Shown piece after piece: positions 13,248 to 25,479 of a stretch of 64,000 nt of DNA. The DNA is from Tubiluchus corallicola (Eukaryota; Animalia; Priapulida). Each line of letters starts with the position of its first letter. Position 1 is the stretch's first letter. The DNA is taken from positions 727,171-791,170 of the forward strand of contig JAQGDQ010000030.1 in the NCBI GenBank assembly GCA_030141605.1, written 5' to 3'. Below the pieces are notes generated by a model. The model was not told where the DNA came from. It did not search any database and worked only from the letters and a program-made list of their open reading frames with translations. Both the position numbers and the translations under genes were made by a program.

Positions 13248-14763
13248 GGCAAATTAATTGTAAAAGCTAAGAAATATGTAATAATGGAAAAAAAGATTGT
13301 GACTTTTGATATTTTTCATTTTTTAGCCCCAGCTGGTTCAGGAGACATTGCACCAGAGTTTGTCACCGATCCTAAAATCTATGCAAATGCTGACAACAGT
13401 GTTATCACTATGGAATGCCAGGTAAAAGATGAAAAATTAGCAATATAGCAATAACAGTATTCACTTCAATAACTCTCTTCTATTCTTCTGGAGGTTTTCT
13501 TCTTAAGTGGGTATTTATGTAGATCTGCTGTTTTGTTTATTCAATAATTGTTAGGTTAGACTACTTATGAAAAATTTATCAAATAGGTCATCAAATGATT
13601 TCACTTGGTTTCACATCACACATCCTCAAAGGCTACCATATTGTAGTGCTTTTTAGGGATTATCACACTCTTATACATTTTTCAACCATTTTTGGATTTT
13701 TGCGTATGTTTTCAGATGTTCACTAACTTCCTTATAGTCCACAAGCAGGCATGTAATTTCAAGTTTCTAATTGATCACGTAATTAATAAGTGCCCTATGG
13801 AATCATGTGTACTGTTTATGTATTGTTTCACATACTGTAGGCATTGAAACCTGTAGAACATCACCCTGTGAAGCCATGTAAAATGTGTTTTCTAGGAGAG
13901 AAGCTTCTCTTCCATTAGTTTATTGCTTAAAGGTGTCTATACTGTAGTCAGTGAAAATGCAAATTTCTGACTTGAACAGGTAAAAGCAAAACCCGAAGTT
14001 ACAGCACAGTGGCATCAAGACGACAAGGAAGTAAGTGCTAGCGACAGGCTGAAGATGAAAGTTGATTCATTAGGAGATAGCAAGTACATGGTGAAGCTGG
14101 AAATACACGTAAGATATTTAACACATTTCAGTGCAGTAGCACCTATGAGATTTTGCTAAGATTGAAAAGAAAAAATAACAAAGAATGTTGTGAAGATGGG
14201 TGACATCATAGATGTGCATATTCTTACTGAAGCCCATTGTAACTGCAACGCATAAGTTGTAAACTAAAAATACTTGAAAGTCTTGCAAAGGTTCCACTGC
14301 TAACAAGTCATACTTTAAAGTTAAAATGCTTGTAAAATTTGATTCGAATTTATGGTACTAAAATGGTACTAAACTATTTGGTTAGATTAAGTAGGAGACA
14401 CATAAATGGTTACACACATTACTGTTGAAATCTATATTAATAGTAAGTCAAAGAGAGAGCAAGGAATAGTATTACCTGTCAACACACTAGAGTGTAGACT
14501 TAGTAAGAATCTGGAAATAAATTCAAGATTGTTACTGAGGTTTGTGGGAGTTTCGCTGATTCAATAGTGATTCAGGGAAGCTGGTATGTGGTGTATCATG
14601 CATGAGTGTTACATGGTTTTAAGTTTCTTAATTTGTTAAGATTTTTTAATAATTAATTTACATCTTTTTTCAGGGCCCACAGAACAGTGATGGTGGCAAA
14701 TACAAGTGCACTGCCAAAAATAAGTACGGATCTTGCTATGCCTATTTAAGTCTTAAATTCTAA
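10851..14763 (+). CDS. Small cytoplasmic two-Ig (I-set) protein, DIM-1/twitchin-projectin-like muscle Ig domains, 200 aa, 5 coding exons
   Basis: Exons 10851-11048, 12363-12453, 13327-13421, 13980-14108, 14674-14763 all have GT-AG ends and consistent phases (603 nt). The translation MKPSFPKDP..VKADPKGTVTWLH..YTLTVS/SPKKEDAGSYTLKVKNSFGE..LNVG/PPAGSGDIAPEFVTDP..MECQ/VKAKPEVTAQWHQD..LEIH/GPQNSDGGKYKCTAKNKYG..LKF* shows two I-set signatures (PxF, W, DxGxYxxxxxNxxG). No signal peptide or TM segment. AATAAA at ~15154 and ~15602. Confidence 0.88.
13200..13246. repeat. (CA)n/(CACG)n microsatellite in an intron of the Ig gene
   Basis: Direct reading. Confidence 0.9.
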
Positions 14764-16107
14764 TGCAATCAGAAAGAATGAAAATGGTTTTATCTCATGG
14801 ACGGGCATGCAGAGGGAAATATTGCTTATTTTGGGATAACAAAAATTTGAATAACAAATGTAATGTCCTTTACCTAGCATTGACTTCCTATAGTACTGAC
14901 CTTGTGTATGTGTACTGAACTTAATCGCTGTAGCACAACTTCGACCTTTGACCTTTCATTTAGGTGGCAATGGTATAATAGAATGAAGGATATAACTTTT
15001 TCTAGAGTTATCTAATCACAACACACAATATGTTGCCTTATAAAGATTATTGATATTGATTTATGGATTCTTAAAGTTGTGCTCATAATTTTTAATTATA
15101 AGATGAGATACAAGTAGATATCAATCATGCTTCAGCAGAATGCTGCCTTTCACAATAAAGTCACTACGTTGATTTATGGCTTATATTTAGGGCTAGTAAC
15201 TGTTAAATTAGATGAAGTTCTCGAAGCTACTGTTTCATAAAAACAAGTTTTTACTGGAGATATTGGTGCTCGTGCTACTTATACGTGTAATCGCTGTTGT
15301 ACTTTGACAATGTGTTCTATAAACCCGTTTATGTTCTTTTTCTGTTGATATAATGTTATTGTTATAAGTTTATGGGTCTAATCTCTATGAAAATGTGCAG
15401 ATTTTGGGAAAGTAGCCAGAAAATAGACCAAGAAAAATTGTCTTGGCTAAGTATAGCTTGTTACTTATCTATACTCTTAGAGCCAAAATTGTTAGACATA
15501 CGTTCATGTTAGTTAACATTTTTTTTACGTTAGTAGATAATAGGATAAATCTCTGATGTTAGTAATTATCATTCTAACAAGAACAATAATGTGTTCAACT
15601 CAATAAACATGTCTTAATTTATCTACCACAGTTTTTCTACTTTCTTGTGTAAGCGATTTTAGTTACAGCTACATTTTACAGCCACTCGAGCTACTTACTA
15701 TTAACAGTTTGCAGTAGCGCTAAACTGACTTGTAAATAGATGTATGATTTACTAAAAAATAGTTTTTTATCAGTGTTTTATCCTCGATGATTTTTATTGA
15801 TAAGATTCTGGTCATGTAACAACAATCTAATTTAAGTATACGGGTCTTGCCGTTCAGTGGTGGATAATGGCTTCTTGTATAACCAGCCACCCTCAGCCAA
15901 ACTCATTTCTATTGTACTTGGCCTTGATAAAAATCGAATAACCCTTTAAATATTGGTGAAAATAATTTCGTTTTGGCTCCAGATTACCCACTGTGCTACT
16001 CGCTTTGGAAACGCCATACAAACGACAAAGTTTTTTCGTTCGCAGGAAGCATTACTTTTAGAACTGCTCATAGACGCAATTTAATGCCACTTTTAACTAA
16101 TAACACG

Positions 16108-16632
16108 TGCTTACCCTGGTTCGAGGCAGTGTTAAGGTTCATTATGTAACAATCATTATGTAACGAATAATGATACATTATTTAACGAACTAATGTAGGG
16201 TTGGTCGTGGCCTATGAAAGGGTCTAGTAACGGTCTGATTTGTCTGCGGCCTGCCCTTGCAAGGCCTGATCTGTCAGTTGTCTGCCTGGCCCAAGCATCT
16301 GACTCCAGACAGACCAGGCTCTCGATTTGTCTGTCACTCCAGACTGACAAGCCACAGATCAGACTTCTGAAGACCAGATCCTAGATAGATTAGCCACTAC
16401 TTAGACCGTGACCAATCCACAGTCCACGATCAATCCTACATTAGTTTGTTAAATAACGTATCATTTTTCGTTATATAATGATTGTTACATAATGACGCAA
16501 AATTGCCGTAAAATAAAAAGTAAAGTGGTAAAGTAAAGTTATATATAACGAACGTCGTGATTTGTAGGATAATGTAGCATTTTTGTTACACAATGAACCT
16601 TAACACTGCCTCGAATTATACCAGGGCAAGCA
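16108..16632. mobile_element. Foldback/MITE-like element, near-complete ~520-bp palindrome
   Basis: TGCTTACCCTGGTTCGAGGCAGTGTTAAGGTTCATT pairs with AATGAACCTTAACACTGCCTCGAA..ACCAGGGCAAGCA. The ~75-bp inner arms 16139-16210 and 16423-16495 are complementary, and the core is also imperfectly symmetric. Confidence 0.75.
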
Positions 16633-18721
16633 GGTCGCACCAATCGAATGGGTGAGCCAGGCTGTATATGGATAGGTGACTAGCTCAAAAATGAATTTCC
16701 ACTTTAACAACAGCTACATGATCTCTCTTGTTTATTTTGAATTAGACATTTCAAATACTAATTAATTTTAACAACTTCAAATGTCTACGACATGCCAAGA
16801 AAAATTTCTCCTTATCTTGTTGAAAGATTTATTTTTATAAAATTTGACAATGCTTTATTCATGTTCAAGTTACAAAATATTTTGCACATGCTTGGAAATA
16901 ATGGAAATAAAATCTCCTACCCACTCAAAAATAAGACTGATTTTAGCCGAAATAACTGAAAGCAGAATACTCTGCTCTTGTTTAATTTTTTTAAGGGCAG
17001 GTAAGCTGTTTTCGTATTATTTTCGTTGTCCGAGCACCATGCAGCATTTAAAACCACTATTCCAAAGAATTATGTGCAAAACAAAGTTTTTGATATTGTA
17101 AAATCTGCAAAACACTTATCAAGATAAAGTGAACTTGCAGCAGACTGAAATGTGAATAAACCTTGGTGTCCTTTTGCAGCATTTGCAGGTATTTTATATG
17201 CCCGTACAAAGGATGCACAATGTGCATACCTTGTCAAAACGAAATAGGGCAAATTTGTCACACGGTTATTTGATCTATTTGTAGTTATGCAATTACAAAC
17301 TGTTTTAATGTTCGGTAAACGTAATGACGTTTTATATTAACAGGATATTTTTGAGAAGTAGGGATGGGAATCTATGTCGGTATTAGTTTGCCTTTTCTCA
17401 AAGTGCCATTAAGAATTTACTAGCTGCAACTGAAAAGAATAAGGCATGCTATTTTTAAGAAAAAAATCTGCTAAAATCAAAGCATTAATAATTATTAAGT
17501 ATTATTATTTCTATTGCCTTATATAATGACAATCAAATAAATAGGCCAAAGAATTAATAGACACGGTTTATTATTGTGACTCTAATAACTTATATTTAAA
17601 GACACTAAAACAAGTGTTTGCAAGCGGAAGATAGATGAAATTGTACTACACGTGAAATATCTTTACACTGTCATTAAAATTATAATGTTGCATCATTTTG
17701 TGGTGTGACGCTAGCGCAGCTGCTGGCCTGCTACTGCTCAGTGCTCACTAGATCTAGGGTAATGCAGCCGGATATCGGTTGGTTACTTGCTGAGAGGAAA
17801 CAAAACCGATTGAAACGCAGACGTTTTGTAAAGAACACAGAATTTGCAAAGATAGGGTGTTGTGCCGTGCCGACACGGATTTACCGGGTATTTGCCTCTT
17901 TCTAGCCCAAATTTCGTGTTGTAAAGTAATTTGAATTTTATCTCATAACGGTGCTATTAAACGACCATAAAACTGTCAAGAGTCAGTTGCATTTCAGCGT
18001 GCTTTCCTGGAATTTGTTCGGCTCATCGTTATTCTTTCTTCTGGTTTCAGAAACGATCAAAATTAATTAGGGTCTAATGTAATGACTACTGTCATTTATT
18101 TTGACTTGCTGGTTTTCTTATCTTAAAAGTATTAGAAGCTTTTAAAGCAGCACAAGGCAAGCTGACAGTACTTTAGCACAAGGCAACCTGACAGTAAAAC
18201 ATTTAAAAATGTAGGAATGATCAGAAAACACTCAAAAAAGGGAAAATTTAACCAAGCCCAAGTTGCAGTGATAAAGCAGCGCAGTGTGAGATACCAGTGA
18301 CGTCAAGCTAAAACTTTCGCAGCTGTACCATGTTTTGCTAATACTTTTTCAACAACCCTGGTAACCATCAAGCTTATGAGCTAATGACTGTGTCATACTT
18401 GCTTTTACCATAGTCGTGCTTTACTAATGCAATGCACCATGTAACCTGCTAACTTAAAATGTGCTTCCAAAACAATGAGCAACAATGCCGTACTATTTGC
18501 CCACTGCTTGCAACTTGCATCAGTTTAACACTTTGTACAATCATTGTAATTTTAACTGCTAAAGTTGCCTGTCTATTGTACTAAGTATTGTGTTTTGTTA
18601 TGTTGGCTGTGTGTATGTGTGGATGTTAGGGATTGATGTCAATGATTTTGCTATTAATTTTGTCTGGTATGATTGCCAAGGATATTCACTGTTATGGTAG
18701 CTGTTCAAGCAGGAGTGTTAA

Positions 18722-19321
18722 TCCTTTCACTACGTGGTTGCTTTTTAGTAGGGCCACATTGGGTTTCGCACATTTGACAATAACTTCTTGTGGTGTGTTA
18801 CTAAAACAGAATATTGTAAATAGACAAACAGCCATTTGTTATTAGACACTAATATTGATATTAGTTTTAATTATACACATGCACACATCTGCGCACACAT
18901 ATATGCACTCATGCATGCACGCACCCACACACGCACACAAATATAAGCACATAGTTATATTTAGAAGCAAATTTACACAAAAGTCATATTAGTAATCCAC
19001 AATAGGCAATGCAGAACATGTGACTAAACATGTTCCACCAACTATCGACAAGCAATTTTGCATGAGAATGTACTATACAGTACAGTGTTATGGAATGCAC
19101 CTGGCTTTAGACGCCGATTGGCTGGTTAGCATTACTTGTTGCGAAGCAACCACAATCCCGCGGCTGTTAAATTTTCTACAATGTTTTTGCATGGCTGCAG
19201 CAGTGAAACAGACAGACCTGGGCAACTGCGCTTAACACTGAGCTTGGGCAGCAGTCTGCCGCCTTCTGTCCTTTACAAGAAAAACATATGCGGCAGTGTG
19301 CCACCTTCTGTAGTGAAAGGG
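18722..19321. mobile_element. Non-autonomous piggyBac-like element (600 bp, TTAA target duplication)
   Basis: TTAA|TCCTTTCACTAC ... GTAGTGAAAGGG|TTAA gives an 11/12 TIR flanked by TTAA on both sides. CCC..GGG termini with TTAA are the piggyBac signature. Confidence 0.7.
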
Positions 19322-20071
19322 TTAAGTGTGATGACTGTAGGTACTATATTGGGTAATGTTAGTTTTTTACTGTCATTGAGTTTTTGTACTTGTTCTAAGT
19401 TACTAATTCTCACAAACTGCTACTAGCATTGCCTAATTAATTAAACTAATAAAAAGGGGTGGCTGCAAGGTGATTGTGTATGGTCTTTTGCCACCCCATC
19501 TCAATACAGTTGTATTAAATTGTACACTGTATATTGTGTTATGTTATAAATGTGTGGCTTGAGATGAAATAAATAAAATCTTAAATCATCTATCATTATA
19601 CAAAGCTGTTTTTTGAGCTTAACATTAAAAATGACATAAGCATTGATTTAATTTGAATATCTTTTGACAAGAATTGCTGTTACCAAGTATTATTTTGATA
19701 TGTACTTTGAATTTGACTCTTCACCACAGTTATACAATTTTCATAAAATTTCATTTTACATGCATGTAAAATTGTGAATATGAAAAATTAACAAAAACTA
19801 GAACTAGCAAAAAAGGATTCGAATTCAGTCCTGAAAATTAAATAAATAATTACAAATCAATATTGAAGTTTCATCATTGAAGTCTTGTGCGTAATATTTT
19901 TTGACTTGTAATATAAAAATATAATAAAAGACAATTTAAAAGTAATTTTTACAATGGCAGTATTTACATATATTGTCCGATACGTGATTGATAGGTAATT
20001 GTTTGGTATCGGTGAATTGCAAAGTTAATCGGCTCGTTATGCAAAAATGCTGATTGGACCATCACTATTAA

Positions 20072-21822
20072 AGGGCCCACGGACACCGTGGTATACACTT
20101 GCTACCAAAATTCACTATTGACTAGCATGATACAAAAAAGCGGGTTTAATTCTTTGTAAATTTGCATATTTCGCTTTGGTTAGCATTGAAACACTTCAAA
20201 TTCGGTACCGCACAGACATCTTGCGAAAAACGAAAAATCGAGAAAGTATGCGGAAGTGACAAAGTGGGAGTGACGACACTGCACATGTGCGACTCTCGCG
20301 GTATTTACATGTAGGCAAAATAAAGTGATATGCCGGTAATGGAGACACAAGGTACTTGAATTTGGTATTTTAATGTTAGGCTCAAATCATAGGTTTGCCC
20401 ACACTTACTTCAATGCACTATATTTTATAGATGAAAATAGTATTAGTAACAAAGTACAACACGTAAAAGTTTTAGCTTGACATCACTGGTATTTCGCGCA
20501 GGGCTGCTTTCTTGTTCACTTTTTTTTCTGATCACTTCTGCTTTATGAAGGTCTCACTACCAACTTATCTTTTGCCCGATGTTCCATTCTGACCACTCTT
20601 CTGACAAAGAGTGATTGTTTTTACGTTTTTCAGCAGATAAAATTTTGATAATAACAGGGGATTCTTAGGTACGATCGAAGAGAAAAGAACTAGACGATAA
20701 GGCAGTAATGACTGATTTTGTTCCCCGGGCTTTACCAACGTTTTGAGCCTGTGCAAACTGGGTATACTGTCTGACTTAATGTGAGGTTCAAAAAGAAAAG
20801 AAAACAGAATACTAAGAAGAAATGCTTTTCAGGCAACATTTTTTTAACTCATTAAAAGAGCGCGTCCTACATTTTTAGACACTTGGGAAAACCTTTGTGG
20901 CATTTTTTCGAATGTGTAAATGAGGTTCAGAGATGAAAGCCTTAAATGTTTAAGTAAAAATATTCTCATAGTCTGCAGTTTGACTGCTGACGGACATGCA
21001 TATAAATTTGATGCAGTCAACCAGCTTTATTCTACGTGTAACTGCCCAGACTTTATTTTTCGCCATGTCTAGCAGGATATATGGGCGATTCCATTTGTGG
21101 CAAAACGAAAGGATGTTCTGTCCTCACTGCGGTCGCATTTTGTGCCATTTACGTTGAAGTAATATGTAAAAAATCAGGAGAAATATTTCAAAATGTGAAG
21201 AAAGGGAGGTTGCTATTAAAATTGGGAGTTTCCATTAAATTGGTAATGTCTTACTGCAAACCTAGGCTAAATATAGTTTTCTTGAAATTTAGTTACAAAG
21301 GTTAATTATATGTGGCTAGCAGCTTGCCGCATGGTTTAATTTGCTGGAGTACTCAGCACACCAATTGTTCATACAGCCTTCACACAGTTTAGATAATAGT
21401 ATAGTAACATTATAGTGCTCTGTATACTGTGTTTGTTACTATAAATTTGCTGTTCCTTGCTGGTTTGTAAAATGAAAACTGATTCTTAAGTTTATTTGAT
21501 ATAAATAGATAATTACTATTGTAAGAAACGTTTTTTTAATAGATAAATCATTACTCAGCAATAACCTCTGTGTTCAGTGTTCACAGTGCTCTGCTTGCTG
21601 AGGCCACTGGCTGTTTACTGTACTGCGGCTGTTAATTGCCTCTTCCTTACGTGACGTCACAGCACTGAGTGTCATTGTGGGCGATAATATTTGTGACAGT
21701 ACCAACAGTGCTTGATTTAAGTTACCATATCACACATAAAAGCATGTTTTAAAAATTAGGAAATATGTAATTCCACCTACACTGCAAAAGAAAATAACAC
21801 AAAAAATAGTGTCATGGAACCT
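20072..21822. mobile_element. Possible non-autonomous Kolobok-like DNA transposon (~1.75 kb, TTAA TSD)
   Basis: TTAA|AGGGCCCACGGACAC ... GTGTCATGGAACCT|TTAA, with imperfect TIRs and AGG/CCT termini. No transposase ORF. Confidence 0.45.
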
Positions 21823-22340
21823 TTAAAGACATTATACATTACCTGTTAGTTTCTGCCATATAGTCCCAATTGTCAGAGCAAAAGCTGGATAATAACAGTT
21901 TACCTACATTATTGCAGGGTTTGTTGGTTAAAATTCCAGAACTGGTGACTGGAATAACTATTTTTCATAGCAACTGTAATGCTGTAAAGATAAAATCACC
22001 CTAGTAGAGATTATTTTAGACAAGCTACCAGTAATTGGGTAGCATCTGTTCCTGTGAGAAACAGTTGCCCCCAATGTTAGTTAAGATATTATAATTGTTA
22101 GTTTTTCAGAATGTAAGGTCGGCACAGCAACTGTAACACTTCATTGTATAGTCTGCACTTGTTTTACTATTGTGATTACAGAAAAGGGTTTTACTTTTTC
22201 AGTGCTGGCATGTTGTCTGCAAGATAGTAACATACGAGCAGGACTTTTGCTGTGTGCATTTTAATTATAACTCAGACCAGCGTTGGTGACAATTTCAAGA
22301 CATGATGTCTCGTAAACAGACAGGTGTGCAAACTTCATAA

Positions 22341-23876
22341 ATGGCGAAACCAACTCGTCCATCTTTGCCTGCTATTGAAACTTATGCATACTTTATTGGG
22401 TGGATCGGAGCTGTTTTATACTCCTGCTATGAGTGTTACATGGTGGCTTACCAACATAGAAATGAGTTTTTAGAAATTGATTTTAGTTCTGGTTGGGCTA
22501 TTCTGGGTCATCGTAAAAAAGACATCTCAAATCATGAATGGAGATTTTGGACTGGGTGGTTCTGGCCAGTGTTACCATGGTACTGCAGTCACATAATTAT
22601 TGGTCGAATTGTGGACAAATGTTTTTTTGACAAAAGAAACTATTTTTATTTGATTCATTCTCTTGTTGCTATATGTTGGGTGTTTCCTGTGAAGGGGGTT
22701 TTATATGTACTTTCTCATTGTTGCATCATGTATTTTATATCATTGTTTAGAAAACCACTTTTCTGCTGGATCTGTAGTTTAACGTTATTTCTAACATTAA
22801 ATGTACGGAAGCTGCAAGACTTACAGAAAATTTATTTAGGTGTTAAAGATACTGAACATTTCTACTTGATCTTGTTTTCGACAGCTTTGCTGAACCTTCG
22901 ATATACTAGCGCTGCCTTGGAGTTTTCCCAGAAGACTGATGAGCCGGGAAGACTACAAGGTTTGGTTAACTTTTTGGCTTATTGCTTTTATCTGCCTCTT
23001 TACTTCACGGGACCACTTCTTACCTATGAATTGTTCGAAGCACAAGTGAGGAAACCAAATGTTTGGTCAACAAGTAAAGTGAAGTATGTGCTACGTGAGT
23101 TTGGTCGAATCTTTTCTTGGATACTTGTGATAGAGTTTGCCTTGCACTTTTATTATTTCCATGCTTTGTCTTATGAGCTTATTTTAGTAAAATCTATGGG
23201 ACGATGGCCCCTGGTAGGACTTGGATATACCCAAGGGCAATTTTTTCACATGAAATACATAGCATTCTATGGCATTCCTGGTACTCTAGCTTTAATAGAT
23301 GGTTTGGATGCACCAAGACAGCCAAAATGTATAGGTCGTATTAGCCTGTACACTAACATGTGGAAATACTTTGATCGTGGTTTATACAGCTACCTGAGAA
23401 GATACATATATATTCCTATTGGTGGCTCTCCGGATAGTGTTGCTCGTAAGTTTTTAGCTTCCGGTATTTGCTTTTTGTATGTATTTTATTGGCACGGGAT
23501 GCATGATTACCTCATTATGTGGTGCACTTTAAATTTTATCGGTGTAACATTAGAGAATGCAGCTGCCCTTATTGTTTCGAAACAGCCCTTGAAAAGGTGG
23601 AAGGAACAATACTTGACTCCTGTTCAGTATCGGAGACTTCAAGCAGCTGTGTCCGCGGTGCTAACGCCGGTGTGTATTATGTCAAATTTTTACTTCTTTA
23701 TGGGTAATGAGATTGGTGACATTTACATGGATAAGATGATCTTACATGGTACGCCACAGTCCTATGCTGTTTTGTGGTTTGTAATGTATTGTTTTTGTCA
23801 AGCTTCAATGGATATAGATCAGTGGGAAGAGAGAGTTGGCTGGTGGGATCGTGATAAGAAGTTGAAAAATTCTTGA
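22341..23876 (+). CDS. HHAT: Protein-cysteine N-palmitoyltransferase HHAT/Rasp (Hedgehog acyltransferase, MBOAT), copy 1, intronless CDS, 511 aa
   Basis: Multi-TM ORF carrying HHAT motifs KDxxxxEW, YCFYLPLYFTGP, PKC (heme-ligand Cys), MWKYFDRGL (Trp/Asp) and FYWHG (catalytic His) followed by MHDYLIMWCTLNFIG. C-terminus KKLKNS. Confidence 0.93.
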   Translation: MAKPTRPSLPAIETYAYFIGWIGAVLYSCYECYMVAYQHRNEFLEIDFSSGWAILGHRKKDISNHEWRFWTGWFWPVLPWYCSHIIIGRIVDKCFFDKRNYFYLIHSLVAICWVFPVKGVLYVLSHCCIMYFISLFRKPLFCWICSLTLFLTLNVRKLQDLQKIYLGVKDTEHFYLILFSTALLNLRYTSAALEFSQKTDEPGRLQGLVNFLAYCFYLPLYFTGPLLTYELFEAQVRKPNVWSTSKVKYVLREFGRIFSWILVIEFALHFYYFHALSYELILVKSMGRWPLVGLGYTQGQFFHMKYIAFYGIPGTLALIDGLDAPRQPKCIGRISLYTNMWKYFDRGLYSYLRRYIYIPIGGSPDSVARKFLASGICFLYVFYWHGMHDYLIMWCTLNFIGVTLENAAALIVSKQPLKRWKEQYLTPVQYRRLQAAVSAVLTPVCIMSNFYFFMGNEIGDIYMDKMILHGTPQSYAVLWFVMYCFCQASMDIDQWEERVGWWDRDKKLKNS

Positions 23877-25479
23877 ATAAACTGAGTACTGTGAGAATAC
23901 TTATACAGAACTTGACGCTGCTGTTGGAATTTGGTCTGTGATTTTCTGATATAATATTATTATACCACTTTGGTATTATCATGGGTGTTAAAATGTATAC
24001 TTTTTACAGTACTTGAAAATTGGGTAGGATATGAAAAATTATCCTGTTTTCCTTTAGGCTCGGTTTCTCAGCTTGATATTGAAAAAACTTTTATTCATCT
24101 GATTCTCTAGTGTACACAGTTATCACTAATTTGTTAACAGATTCTGTAAGTGAAATTTTTGCATTTTATAGATCTTATGATTAGAATTAGTGGAGAATTT
24201 TTTAAACTTAGTTCGTCTTAAGACGTTTATGTTAACAGTTTTAACTGCTTGCATTATTTTTAATCGATTATTCAAAACCACTATCTCATAACTTAGTTTT
24301 GATTTTTGGGGCACACAGAAAAGAAAATGATGTCAGCTACATACTTGGTGTTAAGTTTTTGATTTAATGAAATACTTTGTTTGACTACTTTAAAAATTGA
24401 AAGTTCTCGAAAAATCAAGTACTTGTTCATTTGAGCATTTGAATGAGGTCAGTCACACTGTTATTTTTAAACCTGTTTTTCAGCTGATTATATGAGTGTT
24501 GATATCGTTTTGCACTCATTACACTTTTTTCCGACTATGTTTGCAAACAAAATTGCAAAACTATTAAATTAGATTCTGTAGAGTCCATTACATTCTATTA
24601 TTGTGAATATACAGAAGGTAAAATTCATGCACACAAATATATATTTATAAATTTAGGAGATTTAATAGGCAAGCGTAAATAAGAACAGTGTGTAACAGAA
24701 TATAACATTAGATTATGTTAGGTAGTTAGTACTGTATGGTGCTGCCATCTGTCGGTAGTTAAGTAGAGCTAGGAGTAGGAGAAGTGAATCGTTATGTCGT
24801 CTGATTATAGAGTCTAAGTGTGTAAAATCTACCGATAATTATAATAACCATTTTATAAACCCGAATTGAGTCTTGTGTAAAAATGAATTTGTTCATTTTG
24901 ATTAATTTTTGTGAGTCATAATAAATTTTATGAGTGAATTAATCTGAAGGTGTTGGATGATGATAATACAACATTTTAGTAGCTCAATAGCCTGTTGCAT
25001 TCTTCTTGATGAAATAATTGACACCGGCTCCCAAATTTTATGCATTGCTTGCTCGAAAATTGTTTACAAGAGTTTCGTAGGTATCAATAGTAATTGACCT
25101 ATGTTGCTCTCTTTTGAAATAAATAATAATGGATGCAGGTTTGTTTAAATACAAAATTAGTTTATTTATAAATTTACAACAAATGAATATTTATTATTTA
25201 TAAATTTACAACAAATGAATATTTATTATGAAAACTAGCTGGTTTGTTTAAATACAAAATTTTTATAAATATACAATATCTGTGGCAGAATTGATGATCA
25301 GTCATAGTAACAATCAGTACATGTCTGTAACCACTATCCACGAAGTACAAGAACTCGTACGTGGGATCTGCTGCTGCCTCTTCTGTGAAAACAAAAAAAG
25401 AGTGGGATGAGAGAGATGTATTTAGCAGGGATGCAGGGACCAAGTATCTGTGTCACTGCTAAATACATCTCTCTCATCC

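Noticed and set aside
24741-24758. CTCF-like motif (CCGACAGATGGCAGC on minus; similar ones near 28400 and 39135)
   Set aside because: Partial matches only; they cannot be supported without PWM scoring or ChIP data.
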